This document shows positions 58,183-64,000 of a DNA stretch of 64,000 nucleotides, one piece after another. The stretch spans positions 1 through 64,000 of the forward strand of contig JAOPTW010000045.1 in NCBI GenBank assembly GCA_051532035.1, given 5' to 3'. A program made the position numbers and the translations under genes. Position 1 is the first letter of the stretch. Every line of letters begins with the position of its first letter. Source of the stretch: Fibrobacterales bacterium. Lineage in GTDB: Bacteria; Fibrobacterota; Fibrobacteria; Fibrobacterales; JAOPTW01. The notes beneath the pieces are model-generated. The model had not been told where the DNA came from and made no database searches. It was given only the letters and a program-made list of their open reading frames with translations.

Positions 58183-58406
58183 GGTCACCGAAGGTGACCG
58201 TTGCTTGCTTGCCGCTTGCTCGTTCCCTTTGGGAACGTTGCTTGCCTGTTGCTTGATCACCTTTGGTGATCGTTGCTCTTGCTCTTTTGTTTGCTTGCTC
58301 CCTTGGGAGCCTTGCTTGGTTGCTTGGTCACTTAAGTTGACCGTTACTTTTTCTTTTGCTTGATCACCTTTGGTGATCCTTGCTTTTCCTTATTCTTGCT
58401 TGCTCT
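58183..58406. repeat. Array of six short hairpins framed by TTGCT linkers
   Basis: Hairpins start at 58183, 58221, 58255, 58297, 58326 and 58362; linkers contain repeated TTGCT(T). Confidence 0.9.
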
Positions 58407-58457
58407 ATATGGGTTATTTATTCCTATCTTTTTTGTTGGTTTTATGGGGATGTTTTG

Positions 58458-59804
58458 ATGGCGAAAGTTAAGGGACTTGGGGGGAAGAGGGCTCCGAAGA
58501 AGGGTAGGGCTCGTAAAAAGAGTACGGGCAAGAAGGGTGGAAAGTGGTATGGATTTTTGCTTCGACCTAAAATGCTATTGGTATTGGGCTTGCTCTGTTA
58601 TGGGCTTTTTGCCTCGTGGCCAGCGACGACATTACTTCGTGGGGCGGTGAAGTTCTTTTATCCCAGTCACTATAATTCAGTATCTATAGAAGGGGCGCGT
58701 GTATCAGTGCTCTTTGGGGTTACTTTTGATAAATTGAAGATGTCGGTACCTATTAAGGGTAAGGCTGTGTCCGTATCTTTGCGGGAGGCCTCACTTGACT
58801 TGAGTTATCTTTCGCTCATAATGGGAGAACTTAAGCTTGGGAAATTTAGAGCAGTTAGAGGACGAGTGGATATACCCGAGTCTCTCTCTATTCCCTTTGA
58901 TGTAGGGACTATCCCATTTAGTGCTATTACGTTACTCAATAAATTTGATGCTGTTGTCCCAAAGAAGATAGAAATTTACGATTTTACTGCATTGTATGGA
59001 AGTAAAAAGCAGACGGTTGGGTCCCTTCTTCTTGGTATTGATAATGGCGAAAAAGAATATGCTATTACGACCACAAATCTGAGGTCGACTCTATTCCCAG
59101 ATGTGCCTTTTTTTACTGCAACAATTACCATAGCGGGCTCCAAATGGCGGGTCTCTCACTGTACCGTCAAAACTCCCGAAGGGGGAGAGCTCTCTGGAGC
59201 GATGACTGTGGATTTAAAGAAGAAACTCCTTACTCAAGTTAATGTGGAGCTTCATGGTTTTGAGCTTGGATGGATTGCTCCAATGGTCTTACATAATCGT
59301 GCGCATATTTCTGGTGCTGTTTCAGGGAAGGTGGTACTTTCAAATCGCGCAGAGGTTATTGCAGGGAATTATCTTACCATTAAAAATCTTGAATTGCAGT
59401 CATGGCCTTTTCAGAAGAAGTTTCCTTTGGCTGGCCAAAAGGCGCTATCGCGGTTACAGTTTTCAAAAGTATCTATGAAAGATATTGCTCTCAGTAGTCG
59501 TCGTATAACATGGGGCTCTCTCCATGCTGTGGGTAATAAACTTTCTATCATAGCACGGGGTTCGGTGAGCCAGTCTGGGGCTCTTTCTCTCAACCTAAAA
59601 GGGGTTGTTGCTCCTGCAGTAGTTAAACAGTTGAGTTACTCTGGGCGCTTGGCTCTTGGGGGCAACACCGATGGTGCCTTTAAAGGGAGAGTAGAAGGAA
59701 CTATTAAGGATCAATCCCTTATACTTGATGGGAGTGTCTATGGGGCTGCTATTGTGAACCAGTTTAAAAATATTGGTTCTGCATTTACCGATCTATTTGA
59801 TTAG
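58458..59804 (+). CDS. AsmA-like membrane-anchored beta-rich protein
   Basis: Lys/Gly-rich N-tail, one TM helix, long beta-rich body (GG.L.G, G.VSG, L.L.G, G.V.GT); start moved to ATG 58458. Confidence 0.7.
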   Translation: MAKVKGLGGKRAPKKGRARKKSTGKKGGKWYGFLLRPKMLLVLGLLCYGLFASWPATTLLRGAVKFFYPSHYNSVSIEGARVSVLFGVTFDKLKMSVPIKGKAVSVSLREASLDLSYLSLIMGELKLGKFRAVRGRVDIPESLSIPFDVGTIPFSAITLLNKFDAVVPKKIEIYDFTALYGSKKQTVGSLLLGIDNGEKEYAITTTNLRSTLFPDVPFFTATITIAGSKWRVSHCTVKTPEGGELSGAMTVDLKKKLLTQVNVELHGFELGWIAPMVLHNRAHISGAVSGKVVLSNRAEVIAGNYLTIKNLELQSWPFQKKFPLAGQKALSRLQFSKVSMKDIALSSRRITWGSLHAVGNKLSIIARGSVSQSGALSLNLKGVVAPAVVKQLSYSGRLALGGNTDGAFKGRVEGTIKDQSLILDGSVYGAAIVNQFKNIGSAFTDLFD

Positions 59805-61001
59805 AACTTCTTCGCGCGGAACCTTTACAAAAAAAGTGAAGAGTATAAGTGAAGCGACACCAAACAGTGACGCAACAAGGTAAACCATTCGTAGGTCGTA
59901 CCATTCCCAAATCAAGCCAGCGAGTTTACCTGCTAAACCACCACCCAGCCCAGCGATGACCATTGCAGAATAGACTTGAATGAGGTGGAGGTGTTTTTCT
60001 CCATAGACTCGTTTAAAGAATATGCTGGTCCCTGCAAGAGTTGCTCCATAGAAGAGGCCGTGCAGTGTCTGTACTAAATAGAACAGTGGTACGGTAGTGG
60101 TTATAGATATTAATGCCATCCTGAGGAGCATTACAGAAATGCCTACCGCAATGAGCGTTTTGAGTTCAAAGCGTTTGAGGATAGTAATAGAAAGGAGTAT
60201 GAGTGGGACTTCTGCAAAGGTTGCAATATACCAGGCAGTGCCAACCATCGCGTTGGTACCATTGAGTTCGTTTTGCATAAAATTACCCACCAGTGTCGAG
60301 CCCATATTGGCTCCAGTATTTGCCAAAAATATGGCACTAACCATAAGGAAGGTATTCTTTTGTGAGAGCTGTTTCACTGTTGTTGCAAAAGAGGTAAAAA
60401 CATTGGTTCTTGTGGTGCGTGACTCTGTGGGGATCACTGACCGGTTACCCAGCGAAAAAAGGAGTGCTATTATTGCAAAGAGTGCAAAGAGATAGTAGAC
60501 TTGTTGAAGGGTAAAACTCTCTGCCAAAAATGAAGAGATGAGGCATGAGATGGCAAAACCAAGAGTAGCAATTGAGCGCAAAAACAAAAAGTAGCCACTC
60601 CCTTGTGAGCGCGTGGCTATTTGAATATTAGTTTGGCCAATGGTGAATACTAGAGAAACGCTAAATGAGAGAGTAAAAAAGGTCGCATAAATAGCGTATA
60701 GGTTTGTGAGCGATGGGAAGAAGAGGTAGAGGAGTGCGATAGTTAGGAGCACAAGGCTTAATAAGGTATTAGGATTGGGGATGAGGGCCGAGATAACCGA
60801 AACAAGGAGCGGGGCAAGTACCGAGGCAAGTGCCCCAATCATAAAAACAGTGCCGATGGTTTTAGGCGAAAGGCCCATGTTTTGTTCCATCACGACGCCA
60901 TGGTATTGAAATGAGGCGATGGCGCCAAATGCAAAAAATATAAGGAGTGCAGATTGGCGGATGGTCTTGTTGGTAAAAAGAGGAGTCAGAAGGTGGAGCA
61001 C
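59793..61001 (-). CDS. MFS transporter (LacY/nucleoside:H+ symporter-like)
   Basis: About 12 TM helices; GLS...IG, LRSIATLGF, AEVP, LR, QTLHG; coupled to queC (TAGTG). Confidence 0.88.
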   Translation of the reverse strand: MLHLLTPLFTNKTIRQSALLIFFAFGAIASFQYHGVVMEQNMGLSPKTIGTVFMIGALASVLAPLLVSVISALIPNPNTLLSLVLLTIALLYLFFPSLTNLYAIYATFFTLSFSVSLVFTIGQTNIQIATRSQGSGYFLFLRSIATLGFAISCLISSFLAESFTLQQVYYLFALFAIIALLFSLGNRSVIPTESRTTRTNVFTSFATTVKQLSQKNTFLMVSAIFLANTGANMGSTLVGNFMQNELNGTNAMVGTAWYIATFAEVPLILLSITILKRFELKTLIAVGISVMLLRMALISITTTVPLFYLVQTLHGLFYGATLAGTSIFFKRVYGEKHLHLIQVYSAMVIAGLGGGLAGKLAGLIWEWYDLRMVYLVASLFGVASLILFTFFVKVPREEVLIK

Positions 61002-61681
61002 TACTGCGCGCCTTCATTGTTTTGAGATGCGCGAGTTATGAGAGGGTCAATAACACCTGCTGTATCAAACCCTTTTTGGCGAAGGAGACATGATGGGCAT
61101 ACGCCGCAGGGTGGGAACTGCCCTTCGTAACAAGTGTGAGACCAGGCAAGCGCCTCTAATCCACCAACTTCTTGGGCGAGGGTTACGGTTTCGGCTTTTG
61201 ACAAATCCATCAATGGAGTGTGAATGGTAAATGAAAATTCCATACCGAGAGATATTGATTGTTGGAGTGACTCCATTGTGTTTTTGCGACAGTCAGGGTA
61301 TCCACTATAATCGGCCTCACAAACTCCGGTAATAAGGTTTGGGATCTTTTTTTGGTAGGCCCACGCCGCAGCATAGGTCATAAAAATAAGGTTGCGTCCT
61401 GGTACGAATGTGTTGGGGAGTTCACCATCAGTATGAATAATTTTGGTCTCATGGTCGAGTAATGCATTTGCACCGAGCTGCTTGAATGTATCAATCTTCA
61501 GCATCTTAAGAGGGGTACCGCTCTTTTTTGCAATGGTTCTTGCTGAATCGAGTTCGATGGTGTGACGCTGCCCATAATCAAAACAGATTGCTTCTACCTG
61601 GTCAAATTGTTTTTTGGCCCAGTAGAGGCAGGTAGTAGAGTCTTGGCCACCACTAAAAACAACGAGAGCCTTAGAAGTCAT
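61001..61681 (-). CDS. queC: 7-cyano-7-deazaguanine synthase
   Basis: FSGGQDSTT, FDYGQRH, PNTFVPGRN, DYSGYPDCR, TPL, TCY.G...CG.CPSC..R. Confidence 0.97.
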   Translation of the reverse strand: MTSKALVVFSGGQDSTTCLYWAKKQFDQVEAICFDYGQRHTIELDSARTIAKKSGTPLKMLKIDTFKQLGANALLDHETKIIHTDGELPNTFVPGRNLIFMTYAAAWAYQKKIPNLITGVCEADYSGYPDCRKNTMESLQQSISLGMEFSFTIHTPLMDLSKAETVTLAQEVGGLEALAWSHTCYEGQFPPCGVCPSCLLRQKGFDTAGVIDPLITRASQNNEGAQ

Positions 61682-62378
61682 TGGTTACTCCGAGAGTAAA
61701 GAGGGCGTCGTTCTCTTGGCGTTTACCGGCAACACCAAAGGTGATATCAAAATCGAGCTGGGTATTGTTGGATAAGTGGAGACGTACACCGGGAGCCATA
61801 TCGAAGGCAATCTTATCGCCAAAATCTTCGTTAAGCGCGCTGGACAAGGTAAATGCTGCGCGAAGTTCGACACTGCTATTGAGGTATATGTTCGGGTAAT
61901 AACCGAGCTCACTATGACAGAGGTCTCCTTGAGTGATACCATCAAAAAAACCTACTTTAACGAGATAGAGATGGGAAAATTTTTGAGTGACCCATGAACG
62001 TGAGAGGTAGGTGAATGCAGCTCCACCACTTTTATCATCACCGAGCCCAATTAACACGTCCATCTGTACTTTGTCGTTTTTTCGGACTCGTACGCTGACA
62101 CCAAGATCAAGTTGAAGTCTAATAGTACTGAAGTAGTCTTTTTGAGCACGATAGTTAAGGCTCCCTCCAAGCTCGAGTGCCTCGTTGAGCCCGAGCTTAA
62201 TACCCAATGGCATCAACATATCCCCATCAAAATGGGTAGAAAGGGCGGTATATGCTTTGGCGCGGTTAGCCTTAAAGGTCTCGGGGTACAGCTGATAACG
62301 GGCATTGTGAACAGCATTATAACTAAAGAGGATAGAACTGAAACAACAGATGATTGTGAGTATGCGAAATAATTTCAT
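61671..62378 (-). CDS. Probable outer-membrane beta-barrel protein
   Basis: MKLFR signal peptide; alternating strands; C-terminal LFTLGVTNDF; overlaps the queC start by 11 nt. Confidence 0.75.
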   Translation of the reverse strand: MKLFRILTIICCFSSILFSYNAVHNARYQLYPETFKANRAKAYTALSTHFDGDMLMPLGIKLGLNEALELGGSLNYRAQKDYFSTIRLQLDLGVSVRVRKNDKVQMDVLIGLGDDKSGGAAFTYLSRSWVTQKFSHLYLVKVGFFDGITQGDLCHSELGYYPNIYLNSSVELRAAFTLSSALNEDFGDKIAFDMAPGVRLHLSNNTQLDFDITFGVAGKRQENDALFTLGVTNDF

Positions 62379-62548
62379 GGAGCCAATTTCTTTGTTTTCA
62401 TTCAAAAATAAAAAATAGCAAGGAAGTGCGAGTGAAATTTAATGGCTCGGTCGTATTAGAATGTAAACAGGTCTTGGGGTTATGGTCCTGAGGGTGCTAT
62501 AGAATAGGGGATGAAAGGTTGAAATGTTTGAGCTTACTTATTGATTGT

Positions 62549-62655
62549 AAAAAAAACAAAAGCCGATTTGCATCGGCTTTTGTAGTTAAGCAACTAGCAG
62601 ACAATATGCTTAACAAAGAGCCGGCATTTAGATGAGAGAGGTAGATGCCGGCTCT
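62549..62655 (-). ncRNA. Candidate small RNA (three hairpins, last one an intrinsic terminator)
   Basis: AGAGCCGGCAT/ATGCCGGCTCT; GTTAAGCA/TGCTTAAC; ACAAAAGCCGAT/ATCGGCTTTTGT + T8; promoter directly upstream. Confidence 0.65.
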
Positions 62656-62661
62656 AAAAAC

Positions 62662-62690
62662 AATATATCATACTTTTATATAATTGTCCG
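62662..62690 (-). promoter_or_regulatory. Promoter of the candidate sRNA
   Basis: Minus strand CGGACA-17 bp-TATATT with extended TG, 6 nt before the first stem. Confidence 0.55.
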
Positions 62691-62759
62691 TAATTACTTA
62701 CTAAGAAATATAAATATTTCTAATTTTTACATTTGTTTAACATTGATAAGAAAATAAAT

Positions 62760-63845
62760 ATGTCCATCGTTCGGGCTGCATTAAGCGGCATAAAAGCATA
62801 TGTTCCTGGTAAATCTGTCCAGGAAGTTCAAGAAGAATTTAATCTTTCATCCATCATCAAATTAGCGTCAAATGAAAATCCTCTTGGAGTTTCGAGAAAA
62901 GCACAGCAAGCTATTGCTATTGCATCTAAAGGGATCAATCGCTATCCTCTTGGGCATTCTCCACAGTTGACGAATGCTATCGCAACGAAATTAGGCGTTT
63001 TACCATCAAATATCCTCTTTAGTAATGGTTCTGATGAAATGATTCAGATGATCACTGCGACCTATTTGAATCCAGGTGAAGAGGTGCTCTCAAGTGAACA
63101 CACCTTTTCTGAATATAAATTTGGAACACTTTTATTCGATGGAGTCTATCGTTCGGTTCCTATGAAGAACTGGAATCACGATCTTGCTGGTATACGAAAA
63201 GCGATTACTAAAAAGACGAAAATAATATTTATTTGTAATCCTAATAATCCGACAGGGACATGGATACCCAAAAATGAGCTTACTCAGTTTTTGTCTGAAG
63301 TCCCTAAAGATGTGATGGTTGTGGTCGATCAAGCCTATAATGAGTATGCAAGTGACCCTGAATACCCTGATTTAATTGACGAAATCAATGAATTTGAAAA
63401 TGTGATTCTCCTGCGCACCTTCTCAAAAGTGTATGGCCTTGCTGGGCTACGTATAGGATATGCCCTAGCGCAGAGCGCCACCATTGAAACAATGGTTAAG
63501 GTCAAACAGCCATTTAATGTAAATATAATTGCACAGGCAGCAGCTGAAGCCATTTTGACTGATTCTGACTATATTCAGAGTTCCATGACGACTAATATTG
63601 AAGGAATGGAACAGCTGTACGCCTATTTAGATTCTAAAAAATTGGAGTATCTAGAAACACAGGGTAATTTTATAGCAGTACATATTGGTTTTGGCGCTAT
63701 TGATTTAGTCAAAACCTTAGAGTCTCGAGGGATGATAATTCGATCTCTCAAAAGCTTTGATATGTCTGAATGGGTTCGTATAACTATAGGACTTAAAGAA
63801 CAGAATGACGTTTTGATTAGCCTACTTGAGGAGTATCTCGTATGA
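62760..63845 (+). CDS. hisC: Histidinol-phosphate aminotransferase
   Basis: YVPGK, IKLASNENPLG, NGSDE, CNPNNPTG, DQAYNEY, LRTFSKVYGLAGLRIGY, RITIG. Confidence 0.96.
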   Translation: MSIVRAALSGIKAYVPGKSVQEVQEEFNLSSIIKLASNENPLGVSRKAQQAIAIASKGINRYPLGHSPQLTNAIATKLGVLPSNILFSNGSDEMIQMITATYLNPGEEVLSSEHTFSEYKFGTLLFDGVYRSVPMKNWNHDLAGIRKAITKKTKIIFICNPNNPTGTWIPKNELTQFLSEVPKDVMVVVDQAYNEYASDPEYPDLIDEINEFENVILLRTFSKVYGLAGLRIGYALAQSATIETMVKVKQPFNVNIIAQAAAEAILTDSDYIQSSMTTNIEGMEQLYAYLDSKKLEYLETQGNFIAVHIGFGAIDLVKTLESRGMIIRSLKSFDMSEWVRITIGLKEQNDVLISLLEEYLV

Positions 63846-64000
63846 AAGATTTGATGAATATTGCATTAGAAGCGTGTAAACGGGGACAATCAGAAATACT
63901 AAAAGTTCAAAACAACGACCTTTCTATTGAATGGAAAGAGGATGCGACTCCGGTCACTATTGCTGACCAAAATGCTGAAGAGGCAATGCGCGAATTTTTT
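63842..64000 (+). CDS. hisN: Inositol-monophosphatase-family protein, probably histidinol phosphatase (3' end outside window)
   Basis: MKDLMNIALEA...WKEDATPVTIADQNAEEAMR; ATGA overlap with hisC. Confidence 0.7.
   Translation, partial: MKDLMNIALEACKRGQSEILKVQNNDLSIEWKEDATPVTIADQNAEEAMREFF

Noticed and set aside
58183..58406. CRISPR array
   Set aside because: There is no constant 23-47 nt repeat with unique spacers, the period is irregular, and no cas gene is in the window. Reported as a hairpin array instead.
62379..62660. preQ1 riboswitch upstream of the queC operon
   Set aside because: I see no preQ1-I stem-loop with the A-rich 3' tail signature; a cmscan would be needed to exclude other classes.
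62645..62683. his attenuator leader peptide MPALKTIYHTFI upstream of hisC
   Set aside because: It has only one His codon, and no terminator lies between it and hisC. The nearby terminator has its long T-run on the minus strand.
535..63553. Numerous short antisense or alternate-frame ORFs in the track (e.g. 3883..4218, 13272..13706, 36173..36715, 38109..38576)
   Set aside because: They are shadows of well-supported genes and carry no motifs of their own.

Overview
Bacterial chromosomal window, AT-rich, standard genetic code. It is most likely Fibrobacterota, because it carries FISUMP-domain and TIGR02147-type genes and many Ser-rich-linker lipoproteins (inference, no search run). About 1-21 kb is an accessory region of mostly orphan lipoproteins and secreted proteins with several pseudogene fragments. 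About 21-64 kb is largely core: SRP RNA, pepP-trpB-trpA, dcd-pyrE/pyrD, dnaG, gdhA, queC and hisC-hisN, plus a GH5 glycoside hydrolase next to a TIGR02147 regulator/lipoprotein pair. I found no transposase, integrase, cas gene, rRNA or tRNA. The most unusual signals are non-coding or missing from the ORF track: (1) an array of six sequence-variable, compensated hairpins framed by TTGCT linkers, next to a 108-bp palindromic element overlapping the gdhA stop; (2) a three-hairpin candidate sRNA with promoter, terminator and anti-SD-like loop, between the queC operon and hisC; (3) a 42-aa secreted peptide gene between a sensor-less hybrid kinase and a solute-binding protein; (4) an SRP RNA with a shortened apical stem; (5) a recurrent TTTTCTAnnTTT promoter motif, with apparently leaderless dnaG. 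Product calls come from motif recognition by eye. Several start codons were moved relative to the ORF track.
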